This document shows, one piece after another, positions 35,811 to 46,408 of a stretch of 64,000 nt of DNA; position 1 is the stretch's first letter, and every line of letters begins with the position of its first letter. The notes under the pieces are model-generated. The model had not been told where the DNA came from, made no database searches, and saw nothing but the letters and a program-made list of their open reading frames with translations. This DNA is from a virus, in the IMG/VR virus record IMGVR_UViG_3300035053_000267, positions 47,748 through 111,747 of that record. One strand, given 5' to 3'. A program made the position numbers and the translations under genes.

Positions 35811-38261
35811 CTACTGGCACTCAGTCCAGCCACATTGTGTGCACATTTTGCATCCATCCTGACGTATTACTGTATCAGTCATACCGTGATTAATACATCG
35901 TGGGCATGACTCTCCACTGACTTTTGTGCCGTCCGGTATATACTTCTTAATCGCTCTTGCCAGTGACCTTGAAAACGTAAACAAATCTCCTTTGACCTTT
36001 TCAAGCTGATGCACAATAAAGTGCATAGAGGCTCCGTGCCTTAACGATGTAGAAACGAGTCTGGTAATAGCCTCCTGCTCATCAGACAGGTAATCTGTAA
36101 TGTTATCCAGATCAGATCCATCATCAAATTCAGCGGTGTAGTATCCTCTTTTCTTTTTAGATATTACACCTTTTTTAACGGCTCTGTTTATACAGTTGTT
36201 TTTGCCGGCAAAAACTTCAAACGGCTCTCCATCCAGTATGCCTACCAGTACAAAATAGTGCTCATTTTTGACCTTTATATGGTATACATCACATGGAAGA
36301 TTCTTAGGCCTTTTTATGGCATCTGTTTTAGGTATTTTCGATTTTGGTGTGTTCTTTATCAGTACACCGTCACGGCAGCCGTCTCTGTATACTGTTATTC
36401 CTTTACAGCCTAAGGCCCATGCTTTTTCATAAATGGCCTTTACAGTGTCTACAGATGCATCATTAGGCAAATTAATAGTAGAGGATATGTTATGGTCAAT
36501 ATGTTCATTTATTTTAGCCTGAAGAACCACACGCTTAATCCAGTCTATAGCGTATGCAGTTGAACCATGCCACGGAGATTTACTTATGTCCGTCTCTCCG
36601 GTAACCTCCATCCAGTCTTTTACTTTAGGATGGTAAACTTCATAGTTTTTCCATTTATCTCCAGTCTTGTCTATGAAGTCTGGTTTAACTTTGTCGTCTG
36701 AATCAGTTAGCTTTCGACGTCGAATACATGATACCTCATACAAAGGCTCAATCCCGCTGGTGGTTTGAGTCAGTATACTCACCGAACCTGTAGGAGCTAT
36801 TGTTAAAAGACCTATATTACGCCTTCCATACTTCATCATCTTATTGTAAAGCTTACGATTTTCGTTCTTCAGTTTAGTATTAAATTTACAGTGGCGCTCA
36901 GCTGCAGCACTGAATCCTTTAAATGGTCCCAGCTCTTTTGCCATATCTACAGATGACTCTATGGCGCTGTGTTTAAACAACATAAAAAGTCTATCTGCAA
37001 AATGTATGGAATCGGCTGATCCGTATTTAAGACCTAAAGCTGCGAACATATCTCCAAGAGCCGTTATGCCTGTTCCTGTTCTTCTGGCGTCTCTGCATTT
37101 ATTCAAAACTTTCGTCCAGAAGGCCACCATTCTGGATTTTACATTAAAATCTTCCGGCCCATTTATGGTCTTGAGTATTATTTTCTCAATACGCTCTGTT
37201 TCAAGATCTACTATATCGTCCATTATTCTCTGAGCTTTTTTAACTACCTCAGAAAATTTATCAAAATTAAATTCAGCCTTGTCTGTAAAGGGATTATCGA
37301 CAAAACTGAATAAATTGATAGCCAGTAGCCTGCATGCAGATCCTTCGTCAAGCCCCAGTTCGCTGCACGGATTTGTAGATACTGTTTTATACCCAAGGTG
37401 TTCATAGCAATCTGATAAACCGCCTTTTATAATCGTATCCCAAAAAAGGATTCCGGGCTCTGCGGTCGCATGGGCCTGTGTAACGACAGTGTTCCATAGA
37501 TCTTCAGCATTTATTTCTTTGGTGACGGAAGGCGTGTCAGAATCTACGGGCCATTGAAGAACAAAGTTACTTTTCTGTATAGCCGCCTTCATAAACCGAT
37601 CATACAGCTTTATTGACGTATTTGCACCGGTTATCTCGGTTAGATCGGCTTTAGCTTTGATAAAATTTTCAGATTCCGGATGCTGTATATCTATAGTCAG
37701 CATGCCGGCTCCGCGTCTATTCTGTTGCCCTACTTCCCGTATTGAATTAGAGTATCTGCGCATGAACGATACAACTCCAGAACTGGATTTGGCAGCATTG
37801 TTAGTCGGTGTTCCAACTGGGCGGAGATTAGACAGGTCCGTACCGACTCCACCTCTTACTTTACAGACGTTTACAATTTGTTCATCTGTAGCACATATTG
37901 AAGAGTATGAGTCTAAGGGACAGTCAATAACATAGCAGTTGGACGTTGACACTATCTTATAAGGATTACCTATAGCATACATTGGAGATCCTTGAGGTAT
38001 TATATACTTAAAGTCTTTAAATAACTCGTAGATCTCGTCCTCGCTCATTGGTTCCTTAAACTTGGCTTTCTCTACACGATGAATCTCAGGCGCGAGTCTG
38101 TTTCTGTGCATTTCGTCGGGAGTGGCTTCCAGTATATTATCGTCGTTGTCCCTCAGGGCATATTTATCGACGAACACACTGGCAGCGAGCTCATTACCGT
38201 TGAAATACTCTGTACTTTTTTCAATCGCCTCATTGTGAGAAAAAACCTGTTTGTTTGGCAT
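35811..38261 (-). CDS. nrdJ: class II (adenosylcobalamin) ribonucleotide reductase with C-terminal Zn ribbon
   Basis: SNCYV, RRGA, TNPCSEL, ACRL, IAPTGS, SSTINLP, KGITVYRDG, C-terminal CxxC. Confidence 0.92.
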   Translation of the reverse strand: MPNKQVFSHNEAIEKSTEYFNGNELAASVFVDKYALRDNDDNILEATPDEMHRNRLAPEIHRVEKAKFKEPMSEDEIYELFKDFKYIIPQGSPMYAIGNPYKIVSTSNCYVIDCPLDSYSSICATDEQIVNVCKVRGGVGTDLSNLRPVGTPTNNAAKSSSGVVSFMRRYSNSIREVGQQNRRGAGMLTIDIQHPESENFIKAKADLTEITGANTSIKLYDRFMKAAIQKSNFVLQWPVDSDTPSVTKEINAEDLWNTVVTQAHATAEPGILFWDTIIKGGLSDCYEHLGYKTVSTNPCSELGLDEGSACRLLAINLFSFVDNPFTDKAEFNFDKFSEVVKKAQRIMDDIVDLETERIEKIILKTINGPEDFNVKSRMVAFWTKVLNKCRDARRTGTGITALGDMFAALGLKYGSADSIHFADRLFMLFKHSAIESSVDMAKELGPFKGFSAAAERHCKFNTKLKNENRKLYNKMMKYGRRNIGLLTIAPTGSVSILTQTTSGIEPLYEVSCIRRRKLTDSDDKVKPDFIDKTGDKWKNYEVYHPKVKDWMEVTGETDISKSPWHGSTAYAIDWIKRVVLQAKINEHIDHNISSTINLPNDASVDTVKAIYEKAWALGCKGITVYRDGCRDGVLIKNTPKSKIPKTDAIKRPKNLPCDVYHIKVKNEHYFVLVGILDGEPFEVFAGKNNCINRAVKKGVISKKKRGYYTAEFDDGSDLDNITDYLSDEQEAITRLVSTSLRHGASMHFIVHQLEKVKGDLFTFSRSLARAIKKYIPDGTKVSGESCPRCINHGMTDTVIRQDGCKMCTQCGWTECQ

Positions 38262-38410
38262 AATTACTCCTGATTATTAGTGTGAGCATTAAAGGTCTAT
38301 TCTACTACCTGCTCTGTGATTTTTGCAAACATTATCGGTTATTTGCTCTGTTGCACACTGTTATGTGTTAGCAATATTTGTCTTGTAGGGTGGGTTTGAA
38401 AATTTATCCG

Positions 38411-38881
38411 TCAGCGACCCGTGCTGCCCAGTCCATCAGTGCCTCTACGGGTTGTTCCAGGTGGTTGGTCCGCTATCCTTACTTCGTCAATTGGGGCCAT
38501 ATCTCCTGCACATATCTGACACAGCCTGGTCAATGCGTGTATGGTGTACGGTTTATCGTGGTCACAGTTATCTAGCAAAAGTTTTAAAGTTCCGTTATAT
38601 CCTTTATCTATGACGCCAATAGAGTTAGCCAGTCGAATAGGTGTGGTGCCGGTACTTGATCTTGGAACAACAATAAACGGCAATCTGGTATCGCCACTGT
38701 ACGTTACCACGATTTTAGTGTCCACAACTGCGCCGTAGTGTCCAGGCGGTATGGTTAATTCTGAAGGCACAACCAGATCGAATCCAGAATCCTCCAGACC
38801 TTTTTTATTAAATTGACCGACCATTGAGCTATAAACACTTAAAAGATGCGGATCTTCGGTGTAAATTGTGAAAATTCCCAT
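38411..38881 (-). CDS. dut: trimeric dUTPase
   Basis: SGFDL, PRSS, GVIDKGYNG, RLCQ, RGTDGLGSTG. Confidence 0.93.
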   Translation of the reverse strand: MGIFTIYTEDPHLLSVYSSMVGQFNKKGLEDSGFDLVVPSELTIPPGHYGAVVDTKIVVTYSGDTRLPFIVVPRSSTGTTPIRLANSIGVIDKGYNGTLKLLLDNCDHDKPYTIHALTRLCQICAGDMAPIDEVRIADQPPGTTRRGTDGLGSTGR

Positions 38882-39786
38882 TATGTTTCCTCTCTTATAT
38901 AAAACACTTTTCCACTATTCCAAGCTGCGTACTCACAAATAAGACAAGGAGACTCCGGTGAGTTCTCGTTACACGGGTTTACTTTGTGACATAAAGTGCA
39001 TTCTTTATGGATATAGCAGTATGTATGTGTAGCGTTAGGGCATTTATCTAATGACGCTGCACACATGTAACAAGGTAGAGCCGTCTTACCATAGGGGCAA
39101 TTACGTTTATCAATGTTCCTGGATCTTTTAAGTTTTAAATTCCTGTTATTCAGTGTTTTGTGACTTCTGAATCGATGCACTTTTGTTTTTTCGTCACTGT
39201 CTAGAGTGAGATCCAATAGAGTCTGCATGCCGAAAAACTCTCTATAATGTGGAGTATCGTTGCTGTATCTGCCCCTTAATTTCAGTTCTTTAGCCATAAA
39301 AAGCAGCATTTTCTCAGGAAAAAATGACTGTATTATTTCTCCTGCCGGCGCCCCAGACAGTATTTCAAAATAAAAAACAACTCCAGGTATGCTTTTATAT
39401 GCTGATATTTTTGGTTGTGCACCTATTATTTTTGAAATTACCAGTTCATTCTCAGGTATACCTGTATAGAGCGGTACGAATATTCCTTCCTGTATTTTCT
39501 CGTAATTTCCGGCCAGTCTTTTGCTGATATAGTCTGGACCATGCCCGGAATAAAAATGCATTGATATTGTCTTTTTTATGACATTTTTAACTGTTTTTTG
39601 ATTGTTGTTTGATTTTAAATCTATGTTTACGCTGAATTTATTGTGATCTATTATACAGGAGTAAACCATATTTACAGCGTCTTGTCCGTTTATAAGCGCT
39701 TTATATATTTTTTTTTGTTTTTTTAGTACAGATCGGACGTATGCAGAAGGTATGGACCTCCTGTCTTTATGTTCTTGGTCTCTCAT
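38881..39786 (-). CDS. hypothetical protein with Cys-rich C-terminus
   Basis: multiple CxxC. Confidence 0.6.
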   Translation of the reverse strand: MRDQEHKDRRSIPSAYVRSVLKKQKKIYKALINGQDAVNMVYSCIIDHNKFSVNIDLKSNNNQKTVKNVIKKTISMHFYSGHGPDYISKRLAGNYEKIQEGIFVPLYTGIPENELVISKIIGAQPKISAYKSIPGVVFYFEILSGAPAGEIIQSFFPEKMLLFMAKELKLRGRYSNDTPHYREFFGMQTLLDLTLDSDEKTKVHRFRSHKTLNNRNLKLKRSRNIDKRNCPYGKTALPCYMCAASLDKCPNATHTYCYIHKECTLCHKVNPCNENSPESPCLICEYAAWNSGKVFYIREET

Positions 39787-39800
39787 TTGCTCCCCTAAAA

Positions 39801-40076
39801 CTAGTCTATTTCGCGGATAATAAACTTTTTCAAAGTTCCGTTGTCATCAAACAGCGGCACTATATTCCGTGGCTCGTTGAACATTGAGTTCATCAGCTCT
39901 ACAGGCCCCATAAGCGGTACGTGGTAGTTGTTTTTATTGCTGGATGTTCTGTATTTGGGATTCTTTTTAGCATGATAGCACGCTGCTATTTTTGAATTAA
40001 TTAGTTTGTGTGTGAGATCTGGATCAAATTTAAGTAACTGATTAAGAAAATTAGCAGCGTCTGTAAGTGCTATCAT
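39801..40076 (-). CDS. hypothetical protein
   Basis: ORF. Confidence 0.55.
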   Translation of the reverse strand: MIALTDAANFLNQLLKFDPDLTHKLINSKIAACYHAKKNPKYRTSSNKNNYHVPLMGPVELMNSMFNEPRNIVPLFDDNGTLKKFIIREID

Positions 40077-40090
40077 GCTGAAACCTGTGG

Positions 40091-40717
40091 TTATATGATG
40101 CCTTTGAAAGGATCAACGGGTGGCTGGTTTATTTGAAAGTCACTGAACGCCTCTGACGGAGTGTCCACTGGAGTTGGCGTAATATGGTCATCTTCTTTTT
40201 TTACTGTACGTTTTTTTGTTGAGGCTTTTTTACGCGAAGATGTTTTTTTAGTGGCCTTTTTTCTAGTGGCTTTTTTCTTTGTAGACTTTTTCTTGGTTGT
40301 TTTTTTCACGGATGCGGATTTTTTACGTGATTTTTTACCTGGGTCAATAGAAGGCTCAGTGTCCGGCTGTACTTTTTCTGCACTGGATTCCCGGGGACTC
40401 TCAGATACTTCATTCTCATGGACCTCAGCTGATCCATCGACAGCAGAAGTCGGATCTGGTTCCTCTTTTTTAATCTCCGGAACAGCAGGAGTAGGAGCTG
40501 GTTTCTCTTTTTTAATCTTCGGTTGAGTCTCCTTCACGCTCGGACTACTATGAGACTTCCGTAGCTTTTTACCTATGGCCATTACTGAATGTTCGGATAT
40601 TCTCCTGTGCCTAAATGGAATAAGCTTTATCGTTGCTTCTCCCCTGGATTTAGACACCGTTTTTCCCCTTTTCAGGGTGTTGATATCCATTTTAGTCAGT
40701 GTTACTTCTACTTCCAT
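40091..40717 (-). CDS. protein with histone H1-like Lys/Thr-rich repeats
   Basis: KKTTKKKSTKKKATRKKATKKTSSRKK. Confidence 0.55.
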   Translation of the reverse strand: MEVEVTLTKMDINTLKRGKTVSKSRGEATIKLIPFRHRRISEHSVMAIGKKLRKSHSSPSVKETQPKIKKEKPAPTPAVPEIKKEEPDPTSAVDGSAEVHENEVSESPRESSAEKVQPDTEPSIDPGKKSRKKSASVKKTTKKKSTKKKATRKKATKKTSSRKKASTKKRTVKKEDDHITPTPVDTPSEAFSDFQINQPPVDPFKGII

Positions 40718-41070
40718 ATCGTACTGTTCCTTTCAAGTATTGCTGATATACCCAGTCCGAATACCCATACTCCTACTAAATTCAGTATGGACGGATAGCA
40801 TACTATTGTGCACATTATAAGTGATGCCCAGGCATATGTACAGAGAGAACAGCTTAAAAGTTCACCAAAAAACTCGGATTTAAGATGGATAAATTCAACC
40901 AAATCCTCGTGTGTTTTTATGTTTTTTCTATCAGCCCACCCATGGAATATGTTGGCATAGTGCACTAGCGTATTGTGTGTTTTGATAGAGTTTATAATAG
41001 ACATAAACGTAATGGACACCAGTCCGCCAGCGACCATCCAGTTTAAAAATTGAATTGTTATGTCATTCAT
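40708..41070 (-). CDS. membrane protein (DUF1360-like CxxC-x3-W)
   Basis: GELLSCSLCTYAW; hydrophobic helices. Confidence 0.5.
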   Translation of the reverse strand: MNDITIQFLNWMVAGGLVSITFMSIINSIKTHNTLVHYANIFHGWADRKNIKTHEDLVEFIHLKSEFFGELLSCSLCTYAWASLIMCTIVCYPSILNLVGVWVFGLGISAILERNSTIWK

Positions 41071-41669
41071 TTGTATGCCAGTATCTTATCTATTTGTTCA
41101 TCCAGTTCTTGTAGATTCGCATTTCTTTTAACAAAAACAGAGTCAATAAAGTTCTTTCTCTTCCCATTAGACTCTTTCTTTGTAAAATACTGAATAGTGT
41201 ATTTGCAGTCCGTAATCTCACCTACACAGTACGCCCCGTCTATTTCGGGTATTGATGTTCCGTCTGTTACAAAATTCATACAACGAGACCCTGATGGCTC
41301 TTTGTCCAGATCTACATTAATAACACGGAAACTTGCGGGCTCTTCATCTTTTAATTTTTTGAGCCTGTTTATAGATACGTTATGTTTTCTTAGAACTCGT
41401 TTTACCGGATCCTTTTCTTCTTCCGGGGTTATCAATCTATGTCCGTAGCTGGGTCCTAGTTTATATGTATATCCTGGTTTTAACTGTACTGTATACAGAT
41501 AATCATTATCTTTACTGAATTTACATATATGCAGACCACATGATGGCGTGTTTCTAAGCTGCCATTTACTTCCATCTTCTGAAAAGATAAATTGATCTAT
41601 TGTTATTTTTTCATTATTTTTAACTCTTACTGAGTCTTCATCTGCCTTGATTTCAATCCATTGCCTCAT
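41067..41669 (-). CDS. hypothetical protein
   Basis: operonic. Confidence 0.55.
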   Translation of the reverse strand: MRQWIEIKADEDSVRVKNNEKITIDQFIFSEDGSKWQLRNTPSCGLHICKFSKDNDYLYTVQLKPGYTYKLGPSYGHRLITPEEEKDPVKRVLRKHNVSINRLKKLKDEEPASFRVINVDLDKEPSGSRCMNFVTDGTSIPEIDGAYCVGEITDCKYTIQYFTKKESNGKRKNFIDSVFVKRNANLQELDEQIDKILAYK

Positions 41670-42354
41670 AATTGATCACGAAGCCTGACGTGTCGTATTT
41701 GGCTTTTCCTTTCGCTAGTAATCCCACAACAACAGATTTTTCCTCGATAAACCTTAAATCGTTAATGTCTCCGTCTATGACCTTATACCCGTTCCATGTA
41801 ATAGTGTTTAGAGGCTTTATAGTGCTGAATACGGCGGCTACATTATGTCCTTTACTCAGTACTGCCAGGCAGTCTTCAGTATTGGTTTCCGATTTGCTCA
41901 ATATAAGTGTGTAATTGGCGGTCTGATCCAGTACCCTTTTCATGCTTTTAGTGTAGTCATAAAAGGGTATATCGGGGAATCTGGTGTGTATCTGTCCAAA
42001 TTGTTTTGTTTCCCATGGTAAATCGCTGGTTCCATTAAGGCGTATAGCCAGTTTCATACCTTTGCGATCTGCCACTTTTTTTAATTGGTTTATGTCTAAA
42101 ATAAGCTGGTCAATAAAAGATTCTCTATCTCTTATTAGCCATTTAGTTTTTTTTATGCGTGCATGTTGAATGCTTTGCATTCTTCCGCGCCCGGCTGTGT
42201 ATAAACATGCCTTTCGGCATCCTGGTGTGGACCAGGGGCAGACGTTGAAATTAGGGTCTGCCGTAGTATGTGGGGCCAGATACAGAATTCCTGTAATCCA
42301 GCCGTGTTTTTCACCTTTTACAGTCTTAGCATTCTTAACGGTTATAAGCCTCAA
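41653..42354 (-). CDS. Gp88-like phage protein (Cys motif, radical-SAM-like)
   Basis: CPWSTPGCRKACL, IRLNGTSD, FYDYTK, DGDINDLRF. Confidence 0.7.
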   Translation of the reverse strand: MRLITVKNAKTVKGEKHGWITGILYLAPHTTADPNFNVCPWSTPGCRKACLYTAGRGRMQSIQHARIKKTKWLIRDRESFIDQLILDINQLKKVADRKGMKLAIRLNGTSDLPWETKQFGQIHTRFPDIPFYDYTKSMKRVLDQTANYTLILSKSETNTEDCLAVLSKGHNVAAVFSTIKPLNTITWNGYKVIDGDINDLRFIEEKSVVVGLLAKGKAKYDTSGFVINYEAMD

Positions 42355-42385
42355 AAGGCTTCTCCGTTATGACATATGGTTTCAT

Positions 42386-42625
42386 TTACATTAAGTCATC
42401 TAAAATATCCGCAATAGTGCGAACCATTGCCCCCAAGTCTGTGTCATCTTCTATTCTGTCGCTATTAAACGCCTCTAAAGGTATGTTATCCATACCTTCT
42501 TCTTTAAGCCGTATGTATATTTCCATCATTGTTTGTTCCAGTGTCATAAATGGTGCCTTATCTATTTTTGTTATAAATGATGAAATACTGCTGGCCTCGC
42601 TTAATTGTTCTGTTTCCTTTTTCAT
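42386..42625 (-). CDS. hypothetical protein
   Basis: ORF. Confidence 0.5.
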   Translation of the reverse strand: MKKETEQLSEASSISSFITKIDKAPFMTLEQTMMEIYIRLKEEGMDNIPLEAFNSDRIEDDTDLGAMVRTIADILDDLM

Positions 42626-42628
42626 ATA

Positions 42629-43402
42629 TCAGGCCGGTTTTAATACTTCTTCTACTTTCTTGAATGAGGCTGTACAGTTCTTTACTGTAGCTGCCCACAT
42701 TTTGTTAAAGCTCTCAACAGTGGACACGGCTTCGTCGAACGCCACAAATGCGAGTTTCATATCTTCAGGAGAGTCTCCGTCACATATTATTTTTATCTGA
42801 TCGGCGTATCCTTTAAGTTTATGCTCCATATTGCACACCATTTCCGGTGTATTCTTTACAAGTTTTAAAGGACTGACTCTGGCTCCCCCTCGCTTTTCTT
42901 TTCTCTCTTTTGGTTTGGCTTCGGCTATTTTGCTTTCAACCTCTTCATCTGACACTCCCCCGTCAGCGATATCTTTAATCAGTTTGTCTCGTTTATCCTG
43001 CGGTATATCCTTCGGAGCTATGGATAATAGCCTGCTGACGGTTATTCCTGCGTTCTGTGCCTGTATAATGTTATCATCAGTAAATCTTGTAGCGAACACT
43101 AGACAGCTTCTTAAAGCATTAACCGGTAAAAAGTCTATTTTTCCGTTTGTTGCTTTCTGAATGTCTTCAGCAACCTCGCGTAAAGACAGCTCATTCTTCT
43201 CTTTGTAGGTTTTTAAGACTTTGCCAATGTCATAATACATTCCAACAAGAGTTCCGGAGCCTCTCTGACCCAGAAGGCAGATTGTTTTAATAGCATTATT
43301 GTATGCTTTATTCTCGCTTATATCCTGTACGCTAATAGGTTGAATGCTGCGAGTAAGCATGTGCTCAAGAGCTTCACTTCGTTTTTGTTTAGATGTCGCC
43401 AT
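42629..43402 (-). CDS. hypothetical helical protein
   Basis: operonic. Confidence 0.6.
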   Translation of the reverse strand: MATSKQKRSEALEHMLTRSIQPISVQDISENKAYNNAIKTICLLGQRGSGTLVGMYYDIGKVLKTYKEKNELSLREVAEDIQKATNGKIDFLPVNALRSCLVFATRFTDDNIIQAQNAGITVSRLLSIAPKDIPQDKRDKLIKDIADGGVSDEEVESKIAEAKPKERKEKRGGARVSPLKLVKNTPEMVCNMEHKLKGYADQIKIICDGDSPEDMKLAFVAFDEAVSTVESFNKMWAATVKNCTASFKKVEEVLKPA

Positions 43403-43874
43403 AGAAATTTGTCTCCAGTGATTCCAGGTATGTTTGGAAAAATACAGTAAACTGCTCAGTAAACTGTTTAAATGACTGTACCCATGCTTCTGTTTTTGGA
43501 AGCCATACGTGCCAGTTGCCTGTATTCAGAAACTCGTCTGGCAATGTATGTACTACTAAACTATCCGCATAGAAAGCTGAACCAAAGCCTTTAAATATCA
43601 GACAGTGACTGGCTACTGTAGAGTAATTACTTTGAATTTCGCTGAATTTATTGAATATTGTATTAGACTTATTGTCAGTCTTTATTAGCCCGCCTATGCC
43701 ATATGTTGCTTTTATTTTAAAAGCGTCAATACCGCAATTAATAGCTTCTGACAGGTCGTTAAGCGTGTACTCATTTTTATCAATGAACACTCTTAGAGCG
43801 GATTTATTTCTAAATCCTGGCTTTAATAAAGCTTTTAACACATCTTCACGATATTTATTATTCTGAGTTGTCAT
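43389..43874 (-). CDS. hypothetical protein
   Basis: operonic. Confidence 0.55.
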   Translation of the reverse strand: MTTQNNKYREDVLKALLKPGFRNKSALRVFIDKNEYTLNDLSEAINCGIDAFKIKATYGIGGLIKTDNKSNTIFNKFSEIQSNYSTVASHCLIFKGFGSAFYADSLVVHTLPDEFLNTGNWHVWLPKTEAWVQSFKQFTEQFTVFFQTYLESLETNFYGDI

Positions 43875-45063
43875 AATCGGGGCAAGTATGCTTTTCTATA
43901 TGAAGTAATTCTTGAAATTTAGTCATTAACTGTTCGTTTGTCTCTATATAGTTCCCAAATTCAGAAGCCGGCAGTGCATCGCTTTCTGCAATTTCCAATT
44001 CTTTACACCAGCAGACAACTCCAACGCCATGCTTTCTTTTACTTTCTATATTAAAATCAGATTTAATATCTCTAGCATTATTCAGCAAAACCATTGCAGT
44101 AGTTGACTCCCAGTCCCACCAGGAAACCTGTTCAATGGTGTCTGTATCCTCATTTTTAATAAACTTCCATAAAAAGGGAACAACTATTTCTCTGTTATCC
44201 GGCCCCATTGAAGATTTTCTTATTTTAATCTTAATGTTTCTTCCTTCCATTTTGGCCGTTTTTATGTCAGTAACAGGAGATTTAGTATACGCTGTAACCC
44301 CGCCTCGAAGAAACCGTAAATCTATGGTAGCATAAAAATCAGGAGCTTTACCGCCGGATCTGGACTGGCCTCGACCCTGAAGTGAAGGCTTTTCATGATG
44401 CACGGCATGAAGTGTTACATTCCATCCTAACATCTTACTGGTCAGAGCTTTAAGATAGTTCGATATGAGGATAGGGGCATCAGAATATCCTCGACCCTGG
44501 GCTTGTCCGTCCGAGTCTACAGTTTCAAGAGCTTCTTCAGATGGAACGCCCATTAAAGAGTCCACTGTCCATAAAACAGGAAAAGGTATCTCACCGTTAG
44601 GAAAGTGCTTCTCAATAAGTTTTAACTGGTCTGTCAGCATTTTTTGCCATTCGTTAATACTCCTGGCTTTAGTGTACTGAAAATTCGAGCTTCTTGGGTT
44701 GTCTTCATCGAAATACTTCGGAGTAATTATAGACCGCATAAGCGACGGCGATGTTTTATTCTCCGTATCTACATGAAAACAAAACCCCCCTGCGTCCAAA
44801 TACCACTTTATTAGCTGAAACATAAAAGAAGATTTTTGTGTTCCAAAGTCGCCACCCGATTGAGTGTACCTCTGCAGGGGCCATCCATTAGAGTTTATAA
44901 GCCACTGTAAAGACAAGTGCTTAATCGGGATAACATTTACGTATTTGTTATGTTTAGCTGCTATATAGCAGTTATGTTTTCCTACTCTTTTTTCTGCTGC
45001 CGCCAAAGCTTCAGCAAAAAATCCAGCAGTTTCAGTTTTACTCTCTGCTTTTTTTCTAGGCAT
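43858..45063 (-). CDS. recA: RecA/UvsX-like recombinase
   Basis: GWP, GDFGTQKSS (Walker A variant), VDTE, WTVDSL, SGGKAPDFYA. Confidence 0.8.
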   Translation of the reverse strand: MPRKKAESKTETAGFFAEALAAAEKRVGKHNCYIAAKHNKYVNVIPIKHLSLQWLINSNGWPLQRYTQSGGDFGTQKSSFMFQLIKWYLDAGGFCFHVDTENKTSPSLMRSIITPKYFDEDNPRSSNFQYTKARSINEWQKMLTDQLKLIEKHFPNGEIPFPVLWTVDSLMGVPSEEALETVDSDGQAQGRGYSDAPILISNYLKALTSKMLGWNVTLHAVHHEKPSLQGRGQSRSGGKAPDFYATIDLRFLRGGVTAYTKSPVTDIKTAKMEGRNIKIKIRKSSMGPDNREIVVPFLWKFIKNEDTDTIEQVSWWDWESTTAMVLLNNARDIKSDFNIESKRKHGVGVVCWCKELEIAESDALPASEFGNYIETNEQLMTKFQELLHIEKHTCPDYDNSE

Positions 45064-45072
45064 AGATATAAA

Positions 45073-45097
45073 TGCGCGGCAGTGTTTCTGCCGCGCA
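45073..45097 (-). terminator. hairpin after the putative SSB gene
   Basis: TGCGCGGCAG-AAACA-CTGCCGCGCA-TTTAT. Confidence 0.55.
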
Positions 45098-45110
45098 CCT
45101 TATATTCTTA

Positions 45111-46406
45111 TTAGCTCTTTTTCTTTTTATTCGCTGCTTCTTTTTTGAGTTTCTCAAGCTGAGCCAGAGCCTGTTTCATAGCTTCATCCGAATTATAATC
45201 GTCATCCGTGTTATCAGGTGTGTCTTTAGACTCGCTGCCATCACACGCTTCCGATTCTTCACTGGCGTTCTCCCAGTCGGGGCTGCCTGTGTCACCGTCA
45301 TCGTCGTCTTCTTCCGGGCTCCAGTCTTCTGATTCTTCACTGGTGTTTTGACTGTCTTTTTTCGGAGCGCCAGAGACGTTGTCGTCATTATTGGGTGGCA
45401 TAGTTACAGTTTTAGTGTTTTTAAGGACTACGTTGGGAAGCCAGTCTTCATGGTCTTTAAATATCGCCATAAAGGCATCTTTTCCTATATCCTCGTAACA
45501 GCTGTACAGTGCCTCTGTCATTTCAGGCTCTGTAAAGTAGTTTATTACTGAGTTCCACGGGAACCACACCTGCCTCTTAAAGTCTATTTCTCCGTTCTTA
45601 TTCCTGGGGAGTTTAGGCGACTTACGCAGTTCGCACTTATAATAAGCCAGCAGCAAAGAACTGTCACTCCCACCCTCCTGACTGCTGTTCCAGTCGACAT
45701 TATCATCAGGAGACTTATTAGGATCGCGAGCCCTTGCATTATAAAATACAAACATCTTTCCATGGTCTGGATCCAGAATGTTCCCACATTTAAACATATT
45801 GTCAACATCGTCCAAATCACCGTTGAATTCCGGATCTTTTTCGTCCAGAGCCTTTTCAAGCGATTCTCTGGCGGATTGAGACAGCACAATGAGAGCAGGT
45901 ACAGCCGGCCTTTTATACTTGTCAGTAGCTCCTATTTTGAACACAATGCCCTGAATCAGCGCATGAGTGCGTATCCTCTTTAAAGGAGCTCCACGTCCGG
46001 GTACTTTCTCAAAAAGACGCTTAAGCTCAGCCCATTTTTCAGTGCTGGCCATCCTCCGAACTTCACGATAGAAAACATGCGCAGGAGTGGGGTAGATCGT
46101 ATTATTGATTTTATTGCCGTCTTCATCTACTGTTGCCGCAATAAAAGTAATGGTCCGTATCGTCCCCCCAATAAAAACATCCTCTGCTGCGATCCAATCG
46201 GAGAAGTTTTTGCTGGATGCGTCTATTCTCCATGGCAAAAAATTCTTACGATCTTTTGTCATTGGCCCGAGTGGACGGATATGGTTTTCCAGCTTTATTT
46301 CAGAGTCCCACTTCAGCTTCCATACATTGCCGGGATACGATGCTTTTTTAATAAGCATACCGTCAAGACCCTGCTGGGCTTTATTTGCTCGATCTCTATA
46401 CGACAT
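45111..46406 (-). CDS. putative single-stranded DNA-binding protein
   Basis: Lies between polymerase and recA; long acidic C-terminal tail (positional inference). Confidence 0.45.
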   Translation of the reverse strand: MSYRDRANKAQQGLDGMLIKKASYPGNVWKLKWDSEIKLENHIRPLGPMTKDRKNFLPWRIDASSKNFSDWIAAEDVFIGGTIRTITFIAATVDEDGNKINNTIYPTPAHVFYREVRRMASTEKWAELKRLFEKVPGRGAPLKRIRTHALIQGIVFKIGATDKYKRPAVPALIVLSQSARESLEKALDEKDPEFNGDLDDVDNMFKCGNILDPDHGKMFVFYNARARDPNKSPDDNVDWNSSQEGGSDSSLLLAYYKCELRKSPKLPRNKNGEIDFKRQVWFPWNSVINYFTEPEMTEALYSCYEDIGKDAFMAIFKDHEDWLPNVVLKNTKTVTMPPNNDDNVSGAPKKDSQNTSEESEDWSPEEDDDDGDTGSPDWENASEESEACDGSESKDTPDNTDDDYNSDEAMKQALAQLEKLKKEAANKKKKS

Positions 46407-46408
46407 AG

